From a virus, in IMG/VR virus record IMGVR_UViG_3300044712_000991, positions 64,001 to 128,000 of that record: 64,000 bases of DNA. The stretch is one strand, 5' to 3'. This document shows, piece by piece, positions 39,467 to 48,362 of this stretch (position 1 is its first letter; every line of letters starts with the position of its first letter). The position numbers and the translations under genes were made by a program. Below the pieces are notes generated by a model, which saw only the letters and a list, made by a program, of their open reading frames with translations, was not told where the DNA came from and did no database searches.

Positions 39467-40006
39467 CTAGTCCTCTGATTTTCTACGCATCCCCTTGGTC
39501 TTCCACTCACCAAACTTCACATACACTCTGAGTTTGTCAAGCAACCAGTTGGGGAATGGGATGTTCAGGAGAGTGCACGAATTTTCAACAACGGATATCG
39601 CCTCGGTCATCGCGAGCCACATCAAGGCCGCCTTGTCCAAGGACAGGAAACCGAAGATCGCGCTATTCACATACTCCAGGGAATGAAATGTGGCTATGAT
39701 GATACAGTAGAACAGGAGCTTTATCAGACCGTTCCTGAACGCCGAGGAACTGAGGGTGCGTTTGCGTAGTGCCACCCACACACCCGTAACCTGATCAACA
39801 AGCACGAGACCCACGAGCACGGAGAGACCGATGAGGTTCTCGTGAATGAGATACTCCACAGCGCCCAACATGAACACCAGGGCAGTTTTGACCCACGAGA
39901 GGTCTATTGCCGCATCCCAGGCTTTCTGTATAGGTAACAGCAGTAGACGGGTGTAGGACATGGTTGTCATAGTGTATTCCGATGTACACATGAAATATAC
40001 CTCCAT
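39467..40006 (-). CDS. Holin (phage holin family 4-like)
   Basis: LVLVDQVTGVWVALRKRTLSSSAFRNGLIKLLFY...EAISVVENSC. Confidence 0.75.
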   Translation of the reverse strand: MEVYFMCTSEYTMTTMSYTRLLLLPIQKAWDAAIDLSWVKTALVFMLGAVEYLIHENLIGLSVLVGLVLVDQVTGVWVALRKRTLSSSAFRNGLIKLLFYCIIIATFHSLEYVNSAIFGFLSLDKAALMWLAMTEAISVVENSCTLLNIPFPNWLLDKLRVYVKFGEWKTKGMRRKSED

Positions 40007-40062
40007 CCACCCAGTTTTGACAGCCCTACTGGGAGCAGAGTACGAAACAGGTTATCCGCAGG

Positions 40063-41457
40063 TTAGTTCTTAACCATCAACACACCTGCCGATGTTTTGT
40101 AGAGCATTCCAGAGGTTAATCCGGCAGTACCCGCAGCCGTATCATCAGCGTAAGTAGGAAGACCTCCGATATATCCACTGTCTCCGCGTATCTTGAATAC
40201 TGTGTTTGCAAGTAGAGTGTCATTTGTGGCGGGGAGTATTGGTTCGTACCCGTTCACGTATATCTTATCCTGCGGAGGCTTGAACCTCCATCCAGCGTAT
40301 CCAGATGGAGCCCCGCCCACGAACCATGTATCATACGGCCCAGGATACTGTGCAGGTTTGAATAGCGTCCCATCCGCGCCATTTTGTGCGGAGACTATGA
40401 CGTTGTTCGTTCCTCCGACGTTTGCCAAGTCAAACCAATATCCTGAGTTGCCTGTCATGGTGATGATGAGATTTGCCGATCCACCATCGATTTTCACCCC
40501 CGTGTCGGTGGTGTTTTGTACTATGCCTGTGATGACTTGACCAACGGCACGTATCTCCACGCCGATAGGACCAGTGGCCGAAATGTCCGAGATAGAGTTG
40601 CACCCCACACCCGCATCGATGAGCATCCCCCATCCCGTTGCGGTCGTGGCATGAATGTCCGATCCGAAGATCACGCCGCTGTAACAGATGTGGACCGCCC
40701 CAGTGTCGTTCAGATACCCATTGTATTGCGAGAGGTGCATCGGGGACATGACCTTGATGCCCCAGGCTTTGTTCTGATACGACAACATCCCCGAAACTTC
40801 AATATCACCGGGACCATCAAATCTCCACCCATTGCCATCGTTGAAGATGGTTTTGATGCGACCCACAAACGCCTCTTGATCTTCCGAGGGGTTGTTGTAA
40901 CTTGCTACACCGCCCCACTCCGTATACAGTCCATCCTTTTTCGCATTCTGTATTGTCACATCGAATATCTTGAACCTCTTTCCATACACTCTCACACCAT
41001 ACCCCGAGTCGGGGTTTGAAGCCTTGTTCGCATCTATGGTCATGTGAGAGATTTCAAAGTCCACATTCCCGCCGAAGGTAGATGTTCCAGTCCAGGTATA
41101 GAATGAATCTGATTGCACGACGGCTCTATTTGATCCTGCACGTGACTTAAGGGTAGTGAGATTAAATCCAGCGCCCCTAAGTTTCACACGACTTTTGATT
41201 TTCACATTGGCGATGTATGTGCCAGAAGGAATGTAGACCACACCACCACCTACCGCGTATGCTGTGTTGATTGCAGTCTGTATGGACGCAGAATCCGATG
41301 CCACACCATTTCCCACCGCTCCATAATCTAGCACGTTGTAGATTTTGAGATTTGCGGTATTACCGCCACCGCCTCTCCGCATAATACCATCCCCGTAGGA
41401 TAGGGAGGCGCAGAAAACAAACAGAAGTATGAGTAGTCGCTTCATAGGAATCCTCAA
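40063..41457 (-). CDS. Pectate_lyase_3-like beta-helix protein (depolymerase) with a Sec-type signal peptide
   Basis: IYNVLDYGAVGNGVASDSASIQTAINTA...VVYIPSGTY; N-terminal MKRLLILLFVFCASLSYG. Confidence 0.75.
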   Translation of the reverse strand: MRIPMKRLLILLFVFCASLSYGDGIMRRGGGGNTANLKIYNVLDYGAVGNGVASDSASIQTAINTAYAVGGGVVYIPSGTYIANVKIKSRVKLRGAGFNLTTLKSRAGSNRAVVQSDSFYTWTGTSTFGGNVDFEISHMTIDANKASNPDSGYGVRVYGKRFKIFDVTIQNAKKDGLYTEWGGVASYNNPSEDQEAFVGRIKTIFNDGNGWRFDGPGDIEVSGMLSYQNKAWGIKVMSPMHLSQYNGYLNDTGAVHICYSGVIFGSDIHATTATGWGMLIDAGVGCNSISDISATGPIGVEIRAVGQVITGIVQNTTDTGVKIDGGSANLIITMTGNSGYWFDLANVGGTNNVIVSAQNGADGTLFKPAQYPGPYDTWFVGGAPSGYAGWRFKPPQDKIYVNGYEPILPATNDTLLANTVFKIRGDSGYIGGLPTYADDTAAGTAGLTSGMLYKTSAGVLMVKN

Positions 41458-41486
41458 TGTCTTGCAGATGTAGTGTGGGACGACAG

Positions 41487-41843
41487 TTATTCAATGGTCA
41501 CCGTGAGTGGTACCTCCCCCTTTACCCTGTAGAACGTTTGGTCTCGCGTCAAAAACGGTCGGGCATCACCGTATGAACCACCAGTACCTGGGCGAATCGG
41601 AATAGCGTTTAGGCTGTCGTTACCGAAACATATCCACGCAGTTGTTGTTCCAGCAGTTGAATCTAGCGCCGCTGTGACTTTATTCCATCCGTTAGGAGTG
41701 GCGAAAAAGTTACTGTCTACCGCAAACGATGCCCCGCCGTACTTCGTGCGTGAGTACGGTTTGCCATAGCGTTCGACGTATGATTGCGGTATCGTAATAG
41801 ATACGCAGAGCATAAGCATAAGGACTACAGTGAATGCTTTCAT
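41487..41843 (-). CDS. Small exported protein
   Basis: N-terminal MKAFTVVLMLMLCVSIT is signal-like. Confidence 0.5.
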   Translation of the reverse strand: MKAFTVVLMLMLCVSITIPQSYVERYGKPYSRTKYGGASFAVDSNFFATPNGWNKVTAALDSTAGTTTAWICFGNDSLNAIPIRPGTGGSYGDARPFLTRDQTFYRVKGEVPLTVTIE

Positions 41844-41868
41844 TACAGTCTCCTAGAAAGTGTATATC

Positions 41869-42423
41869 CTATCCACCCATACCAAGGCGTGTACCACGCA
41901 AACCCCGCGTAAGACTCCTGGGGAAGCCCACCTGCCCCGAGAACTGACCCTTCGGGGATATCCTGTCGAATGCTATGGCCTTCTTCAAAATAGGAACGGT
42001 CGCGTTGATGAACGAGAGTATGGAGCCGTTGGCGATTGAAGCGTAATCCTGCTGCTTCTTGCGCATGAGGCTGATGCCGTTATCATTGTACTCGAAGTGC
42101 ACCCCAGCCTCAAACCACTGGAGACGGATGCCCACGAAGAACTCCGCGCACATCATGACCGCCGTGGACAGCGCAGACTGTGGGTCTTCCGATGCAGGAT
42201 TAGCCGATCCTGCGTACAAGTCGGTCGAGGAGTAGGTGGTAATCACAGGGGGGAACATGTTGAAGTAGTTCAGTCCCAACCTGAAGTCCTCCCACAGTTC
42301 ATCGTTGCCCAACTGCCCTGGGAGGCGCATGGATGATCCCGATGCGAGTTGCGTTCGCATACTCATCCGACTCCGGAGCAAGTCTACGAAAAACTGCTGT
42401 TCCGTGGAAAGTTCGTATCCCAT
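41869..42423 (-). CDS. Head-tail connector/adaptor
   Basis: First gene after the capsid gene; FEYNDNGISLMRKKQQDY. Confidence 0.6.
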   Translation of the reverse strand: MGYELSTEQQFFVDLLRSRMSMRTQLASGSSMRLPGQLGNDELWEDFRLGLNYFNMFPPVITTYSSTDLYAGSANPASEDPQSALSTAVMMCAEFFVGIRLQWFEAGVHFEYNDNGISLMRKKQQDYASIANGSILSFINATVPILKKAIAFDRISPKGQFSGQVGFPRSLTRGLRGTRLGMGG

Positions 42424-42491
42424 GGGGTTCCTCAGAATGTGGTCGCACTCGTACGAGTATGCGTACAGGGTGTACTGCGTGTTAGAAAGAC

Positions 42492-42526
42492 AAAAGGGTT
42501 AACCTTTTTTGAAGGTTAACCCTTTT
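42492..42526 (-). terminator. Hairpin terminator after the major capsid gene
   Basis: 13-bp inverted repeat AAAAGGGTTAACC / GGTTAACCCTTTT. Confidence 0.7.
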
Positions 42527-42568
42527 GAAAGGTTACTACGGTTCAACTTCGGACTGCCGCATCACCCA

Positions 42569-43516
42569 TTACTGGCTGATGGTGCCGGAGTGTGTACCGC
42601 GTGCCACGCCGTTTGCGACCAGCGCCGCCATACCGATCTCTTCGTAGGCCACGTAACCAATCGAGGCCTGCTTCGGAGCATCATCCGGCATGAGGATCAG
42701 TTCGGTACGGACAGGCATCACACCGAAGAAGCGGGGCTCCGCAAGGGAGTACACGCTACCACGCTGGATGAGGCGGCTGACGATGAGGTCAATCCCCCAG
42801 ATCGAGCCGTACAGGCCGGTCTCAAGGACTTCACGCAACGACACCGGATCGAGGTCCTTGGTGGACCACACGCGGATATCCGCGAACGAACGGAAGCGCA
42901 TGAGGAACGCGTACTGAGGCAGATCGTTGTCCATCACACTCGTGCTCAGGTCGTTCAGGAACGTCTTGGACGCACCGGCCGCACCGACCACGTACGGAAC
43001 TGCGGTCGTGTTGCCAGCGGTGGTGGCGTTCAGGAGGGCGATGAACTGAAGGTCTTCCTGCTCCTGCACGGAAATCTTCAACGCCTCTTGGGTACGATCG
43101 AGGATGTTGAAGCGCCGTTGCTGGATTTCGCTCAGACGGATGTTGGCATCCGCGAAGATTTCCCAGGTTGTGGGCTCAACGTACGTGCCGTTGATGTCCA
43201 CCTGGTTCACTGCGCCCTGCTTGGCCACCACGAACGCCGCGATCTGGGACTTGATGTCCTTATCGTAGCGGACGATCTGACCCTGTGCCAGGATGTCGAT
43301 CTCCAGGAACTTCCGAGCCACACCGACGTAGTCGAGTTGCTCGCGGATCGGGACTGCCATCTGCGCACCGACTGCCTGCCGACCTGCTTCGGTCTGGAGG
43401 GCATCGAATACCTGGTCAACGCCCATTGCGGCGTCGTTGTACGTCTGGTACGCATCGTTCATCGGGGCATCGCTCGATGTGGTGGCAAACCCTGCTTGGG
43501 GTTGGTTCTTGCTCAT
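42569..43516 (-). CDS. Major capsid protein (HK97 fold)
   Basis: 315 aa; VEPTTWEIFADANIRLSEIQQRRFNILDR, GLYGSIWGIDLIVS, YVAYEEIGMA; strong codon bias. Confidence 0.85.
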   Translation of the reverse strand: MSKNQPQAGFATTSSDAPMNDAYQTYNDAAMGVDQVFDALQTEAGRQAVGAQMAVPIREQLDYVGVARKFLEIDILAQGQIVRYDKDIKSQIAAFVVAKQGAVNQVDINGTYVEPTTWEIFADANIRLSEIQQRRFNILDRTQEALKISVQEQEDLQFIALLNATTAGNTTAVPYVVGAAGASKTFLNDLSTSVMDNDLPQYAFLMRFRSFADIRVWSTKDLDPVSLREVLETGLYGSIWGIDLIVSRLIQRGSVYSLAEPRFFGVMPVRTELILMPDDAPKQASIGYVAYEEIGMAALVANGVARGTHSGTISQ

Positions 43517-43641
43517 GATCTACCTCTCTCATGTGATGATGGTGAATATGTCTGCGGGAGTACCGCAGTTATGGAACAGCGTGCAGCCATGGGGGTGGAG
43601 TTTACGGTACCCCACCCAGACCGTGTGGATCGCGCCGAGTG

Positions 43642-44115
43642 TTAGATGCGGAACAGCACGCCCAACGTGTAGTCGTTGGCGGCCGAAGGCACCTGGATGA
43701 CCTTGGCGATGACCGAGGCCGACCCCGGGTTGTTCGGTACACCCGATGCCACGGAGGCCGTGACAGTCAGGCGACCGAGGGAGTTCACCCACAGGCTCTG
43801 ACCGACCGAGGCGCTCTCGACATCGAGGGCATACGCACGCGTGGCGCTGGATGTAGCGACTTCCGTGCTGTGATTGATGTACACCTTGGTACCCGAACCG
43901 TAGATACCCGACAGCACAGACCCCGTTGGGGGTGCGCTCAGGTTGGTCGTCGGATCGGTGCCCATGAACAGTGCGTTGTCGCCGGAAGCCAGGGATGCCT
44001 CACCACTTGCATTGAGGGTGAAGAAGTTTCCCGGCTGCCAGCCAGTGGTGATCGTGGTCGCGGTGACCTTGAAGGTGTCCTTGGCGAACGTGCGTTGAAC
44101 CAGTACTTTACTCAT
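43642..44115 (-). CDS. Capsid cement/decoration protein
   Basis: 157 aa between the scaffold and capsid genes; WQPGNFFTLNASG. Confidence 0.65.
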   Translation of the reverse strand: MSKVLVQRTFAKDTFKVTATTITTGWQPGNFFTLNASGEASLASGDNALFMGTDPTTNLSAPPTGSVLSGIYGSGTKVYINHSTEVATSSATRAYALDVESASVGQSLWVNSLGRLTVTASVASGVPNNPGSASVIAKVIQVPSAANDYTLGVLFRI

Positions 44116-44211
44116 GTGATACCTCTCTCAGAATGAAACAGTGGACGAGCGAACGACTTGTGTCTCAGGGTGACCCCCGCGCAAACGGAGGTCACCCGAC
44201 GAGCGTGCTTC

Positions 44212-46044
44212 TTACTTCTGCCGATACGTGGCCTTCACGCGCCGCGTGGCCTCGGTCTCGGGATTGATACCCTTCTTCCGCAGCCTGTTCGCAATGGTGT
44301 TCAGACCATGCACGAAGGACTTCGGAGCCAGGGAGGACGTGGTGTGCATCTGTGGCACGAGCGAACTCGCCGCGCTGATCTTGCCTTCGGACTTCACTTC
44401 CGGCTTCAGACCATCCGTACTGACCGAACTGTTCTTCGGGTCACGGACGCTCTCGTGGGTGTTCGCGAGAATACCCGTTTCCACCTCTTCGTTCTCGGGG
44501 ATGCGTGCCTCTTTGATGGCCGCTTCCTTCACGATGGGCAGGGTGTTCAGGAGTTCGAGTTGCGCAGCGAACTTCTCGTTCGAGTACGCCACGACCTCAC
44601 GCGCCTTCGTAGCAATGGCCTGCTTCGTGAACGGAATCACGCCACGGGAGGCTGCCACGCGGGCGAAGTCCACAGCCTTGCGGGCGCGAGCTGCGCGTAC
44701 CTGGAGCGATGCTTCGGTCTTGACCGAGCCCGTACCAACGGACTCCCCGGTGTTCCCGCCTTCGAGACCGCCTTCGGTATCATTCGCGGACTCTGTTTCG
44801 GGCTTGTATGCGACGTTCATCTCCGCACCACCCTTGGTCACCGCACCGGCCTTGTCCTGATTGATGCCCATGCCGAGGTCGGTGGCCTGCTTCTGGCTCG
44901 ATGTCAGTTCGCGTGCGAACTCCGAATCACCGAATGCATCGGCGTAGTACGCACGGAGCTTCGACTTGTCCTTCACCTTCGGTTCACGCGCCGTGGTCTG
45001 CAACCCGAGGGAATCCAGTTCGGCGTTCATGAACGATGCGACGGTCTCAATGCCGTTCTTGCGGATGTGCTCCTCCACGTTCCGAGCAAAACTCGGGGAG
45101 GTGAAGATTTCGTAGTTCGCGGCGGTCTTCGGACCGATGGCGGGGCTCAGTTGCTCCCATGTGGCGACCGCATAGCGACCCTTGCCATCCTTGTTGAGCG
45201 AACGCATGACGATCGCGGAGCCGAACACGGGGTTCTTCTTCACGACCTTCGCATTGACATACGCGCCGAACTCGTGGGGGTTACCCTCATCGATCAGCCG
45301 TGGGTCGGACGAGGGGTTGGGCATCCGATCTTCTTTGCCCTTGTTACGCTTGAACTCCTCGTTACCCGCCTCGAACTGCTTGATCTCCTTGCGAGCCGAG
45401 TAGTTGATGTCGCCGTTGATACCCTTGTCACCCGAGAACTCTGCGCCCGTTGGGGGCACGGCAGTCGCCAGGACTTTCCCGAGCTCGTTCCACACGCGGA
45501 TACCCTCGCGGACGTTCTGCACGATCTCGTGGGTGGAACCCGCCTGGGCCGACCCTTGCTTCCGACGCAGGAGGTACGCCCAGTGCCGAATGCTGTCCTT
45601 CGCATCGTCAATGGCCGAGGCCGCTTGCTTGGTCAGAAGACCGAACTCGTTCTGCATCTTCGAGGAGAACCGCGCCGTTTGGCTGGCAGTCTTCTCTTCC
45701 ATCTCTTCTCCCTGCCCGGTGATGGCATCGATGCCATCCACAACGGCCTTGAGGTCTGTGATAGCTTCATTCACGACCTTCTTCGCCTCTTCGGGGGTCT
45801 TGATCTCTTCTTCCTTCTTCTCACCCTTTTCGCCACCGATTTCATCCGGCACGGGCGTGGCCATCTCGGGTCCACCCAGTCCAGCCTCATCTTCGGGAGC
45901 CATGTCACCATCACCCGCACCAACGAACTGCTCGGGCATTGAGTCCGCGATCTTCTTCAGGAGGAAACTCGCCCACTTCCGTGTGGTGTGAAGTTCGGAG
46001 AGCATCGACTTGAGATTCGAGTTGACTTGCGCTGTACTGAGCAT
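44212..46044 (-). CDS. Prohead scaffolding protein
   Basis: Acidic, helical and low-complexity, with KTAS/KEA-type motifs; GGAG RBS before ATG 46044. Confidence 0.6.
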   Translation of the reverse strand: MLSTAQVNSNLKSMLSELHTTRKWASFLLKKIADSMPEQFVGAGDGDMAPEDEAGLGGPEMATPVPDEIGGEKGEKKEEEIKTPEEAKKVVNEAITDLKAVVDGIDAITGQGEEMEEKTASQTARFSSKMQNEFGLLTKQAASAIDDAKDSIRHWAYLLRRKQGSAQAGSTHEIVQNVREGIRVWNELGKVLATAVPPTGAEFSGDKGINGDINYSARKEIKQFEAGNEEFKRNKGKEDRMPNPSSDPRLIDEGNPHEFGAYVNAKVVKKNPVFGSAIVMRSLNKDGKGRYAVATWEQLSPAIGPKTAANYEIFTSPSFARNVEEHIRKNGIETVASFMNAELDSLGLQTTAREPKVKDKSKLRAYYADAFGDSEFARELTSSQKQATDLGMGINQDKAGAVTKGGAEMNVAYKPETESANDTEGGLEGGNTGESVGTGSVKTEASLQVRAARARKAVDFARVAASRGVIPFTKQAIATKAREVVAYSNEKFAAQLELLNTLPIVKEAAIKEARIPENEEVETGILANTHESVRDPKNSSVSTDGLKPEVKSEGKISAASSLVPQMHTTSSLAPKSFVHGLNTIANRLRKKGINPETEATRRVKATYRQK

Positions 46045-46124
46045 AGGGCACTCCATGGAAAATTGACAGTATCGTATCGGCGGGTAGTAGTTCGCCATTC
46101 AACATATACATAGGCGGGAGACCC

Positions 46125-46140
46125 CCAAATTTATAGGGGG
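46125..46140 (-). promoter_or_regulatory. Putative late promoter motif CCCCCTATAAATTTGG (upstream of scaffold)
   Basis: Exact 16-bp match to 28690-28705; lies just downstream of a terminator. Confidence 0.65.
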
Positions 46141-46147
46141 TGGGGAC

Positions 46148-46183
46148 AAAAAAATACGTTGCCCCCTGGGAGGGCAACGTATT
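46148..46183 (-). terminator. Intrinsic terminator separating the accessory region from the head module
   Basis: 12-bp stem AATACGTTGCCC/GGGCAACGTATT followed by a U-tract on the minus strand. Confidence 0.8.
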
Positions 46184-46222
46184 GTTTACCTGTAAGCCTG
46201 TAACGGGTAGACCCCGTTGGGG

Positions 46223-47071
46223 TTAACCCTTGTTGACTGGTTCCCCACATGAACCACAGAATTTGTCCCGTAATTCAAGGGGTTCCCGACATTGTGTGCA
46301 GAACTTCCTGAGGGTCATGCAGGTTTCCTTGACCGTCACGGGCTGCCCTAGAGCGGGGGCGTTGATTTGGAACTCCATCGTGACCTCCGTATCACCGAGA
46401 GCCTGGGCGTAGGTGTAGGAGAACTTCTGGTTGGACCCCCCTCCCTCGACCGTCGCACCCTTCAGCGTGCCCGAGGTGTATTCGGGGGCAAAGGAGGTCG
46501 AGCAGTTTAGGGCAGTGTTGCCAATCATTCCCTGCTCCATGACGACCCCTGCGCTCGATGTACTACAGGGCATAGATTGCGCGGAGTCATGTACAGCATC
46601 GGGACAGTATGACAGGGGTTCGATACGCACGGATCGGATGCTGATGCGCGGTCGCGGGGCTTCCCACTGGGCGGTAATACGTACGAGGCCGTTTGCGTTC
46701 GATGTGGGATTCTGCACTTCAGATGAGGTCAGGGACACGAATTTGAACTTCCGCCCCTTATCGAGCCGCCCATCGAGAACGAAGCGTTCGAGGTGAGTCT
46801 CGGCCTTACCATCCACGACGAGTTTGTTTCCACCGAGAACATCCGTACCATCGATCTCGACACCGATGATGGCGCGTTCAGTGGACATGTTCTTGAAGAA
46901 CAACACGTACTCCGAGTCGAAGGGTAGGTACAAGAAGGCCTTCTTGCGGAAATGTGTTTTGCTGTGGAGGAGAGAGTTTGAGACCGATGCTCCTGAGGAG
47001 TAAATGTTGGTCTCGCGGAGAGTGGAGCCATCAGTCTTCTGAACGGCTACCACGAGTTGGTGGAGATGCAT
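46223..47071 (-). CDS. Hypothetical protein with a C-terminal double Zn-ribbon
   Basis: KFCTQC...KFCGSCG; AAAGGA RBS before ATG 47071. Confidence 0.65.
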   Translation of the reverse strand: MHLHQLVVAVQKTDGSTLRETNIYSSGASVSNSLLHSKTHFRKKAFLYLPFDSEYVLFFKNMSTERAIIGVEIDGTDVLGGNKLVVDGKAETHLERFVLDGRLDKGRKFKFVSLTSSEVQNPTSNANGLVRITAQWEAPRPRISIRSVRIEPLSYCPDAVHDSAQSMPCSTSSAGVVMEQGMIGNTALNCSTSFAPEYTSGTLKGATVEGGGSNQKFSYTYAQALGDTEVTMEFQINAPALGQPVTVKETCMTLRKFCTQCREPLELRDKFCGSCGEPVNKG

Positions 47072-47220
47072 AGAGGTGTATCCTTTCACACGACTGTTCC
47101 AACGGCAGTCGTACTTTTTTGAGTTGGAGGTCTACAATGGGGGAGTTGGGGCGGCACCATTATCGCCCGTTGGACTCTGTGTTCGCAGATTATCGCATAT
47201 CGCGATTTGCAAACTGGAAT

Positions 47221-47261
47221 AAAAATTCTACCCCATAGATAGGCTCCATGGGGTAGAATTT
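47221..47261 (-). terminator. Intrinsic terminator
   Basis: 14-bp inverted repeat AAATTCTACCCCAT/ATGGGGTAGAATTT followed by U residues. Confidence 0.7.
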
Positions 47262-47290
47262 ATAGCCTACGGGAGGGTCTTGTGCGAGGA

Positions 47291-47593
47291 TCACCACCCG
47301 TTGTCGGGTGGGTCTCCCTCCTTGCGCTCCTTGGCTTCAGCGGTGTAGTTGTAACTGACATACGCGCTGACCACAAAGCGCTCAGGTTCCTCCGTACCGG
47401 GTTCGGCCTCGGCGTGCTTGATGTACACCACGACCGACTCGCTCTCATCCCTGAGGAGTGGATGTTCATCTTCATCATACAACTTCCCTGCCTCCGATGC
47501 TGCATCCTCGGCATCGAGACCCTCAATGGGACGCCACTCATCCTCCCCATGATACCCAGGAATGTTGTACAAGAACTTGATGGTGCTACCCAT
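47291..47593 (-). CDS. Hypothetical acidic protein
   Basis: Coupled to the phosphatase gene. Confidence 0.55.
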   Translation of the reverse strand: MGSTIKFLYNIPGYHGEDEWRPIEGLDAEDAASEAGKLYDEDEHPLLRDESESVVVYIKHAEAEPGTEEPERFVVSAYVSYNYTAEAKERKEGDPPDNGW

Positions 47594-48362
47594 GAGCGGG
47601 TACTCCTTTCACTTGAAGTACATGTAGTTCAGGGAAGGACACAGCGGTCAGTACACCAGACTCGTAGCATCCTGTGTCCACCCCGCACGTGTGGTTCACG
47701 AACCTCGGGGTCTCCCCGATGATGCGGTGACCGTAGAACACGAAGTCCTTCCCTTCGTATGTGTTCTCCCACTCAATGCGATTGGGGAACCCCTCGGGGG
47801 TCACGCCATCCCTCGGACCGAACAGCGCGTACGGTGCGACCTTCTCCACCGGATCGTTGAGCATGCCCTCGTAGTACCCCGCGTGCACCACGACCGCCTG
47901 TTGACCATCGGGTGTGCGCAGGACAGCCATGAGAGGCCACTTGGCAAGCAATCTCCTGTAGTTCTCGACCCACGGGTGACCCACCCCCGTGACTTGGAAC
48001 ATCGTCTGCTCCAGACCGTTCGTGAGTTGCACCTGTGCACCCCCGAGAGCCCTCATGAGTTTGTGGTCGTGATTGCCGAGCACGACCTCGAACGCCGAGT
48101 GGGGATTGTCATCGTACACCCCCACGGTGTACGCCTTGTAGTACGCCGTGTGCAAGGCCATCAGCGAGTCGGGTCCACGGTCGCAGATGTCCCCCGCACA
48201 GACCACCGCGCTCTGTACAGGCACCTCCCCACCGAGATCGTACTCCTTGATCTGTTGCAGGAGTTGCTCGAACTGCGTGTTCATCCCGTGCACATCTCCG
48301 ATGATCCAGAAGCGCGGGGCTTCGATGACCTTCGTCTTCAACAGATTACTGAACTTCGCCAT
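47586..48362 (-). CDS. Calcineurin-like metallophosphoesterase (Pnkp phosphatase/PrpE-like)
   Basis: GDVHG, GDICDRG, GNHD, VHAG, YGH, DTGC. Confidence 0.9.
   Translation of the reverse strand: MAKFSNLLKTKVIEAPRFWIIGDVHGMNTQFEQLLQQIKEYDLGGEVPVQSAVVCAGDICDRGPDSLMALHTAYYKAYTVGVYDDNPHSAFEVVLGNHDHKLMRALGGAQVQLTNGLEQTMFQVTGVGHPWVENYRRLLAKWPLMAVLRTPDGQQAVVVHAGYYEGMLNDPVEKVAPYALFGPRDGVTPEGFPNRIEWENTYEGKDFVFYGHRIIGETPRFVNHTCGVDTGCYESGVLTAVSFPELHVLQVKGVPAHG

Noticed and set aside
42509-45942. Long plus-strand ORFs (42509-43645, 44158-45942)
   Set aside because: They are antisense shadows of the strongly codon-biased capsid and scaffold genes, with no RBS or recognisable motifs.
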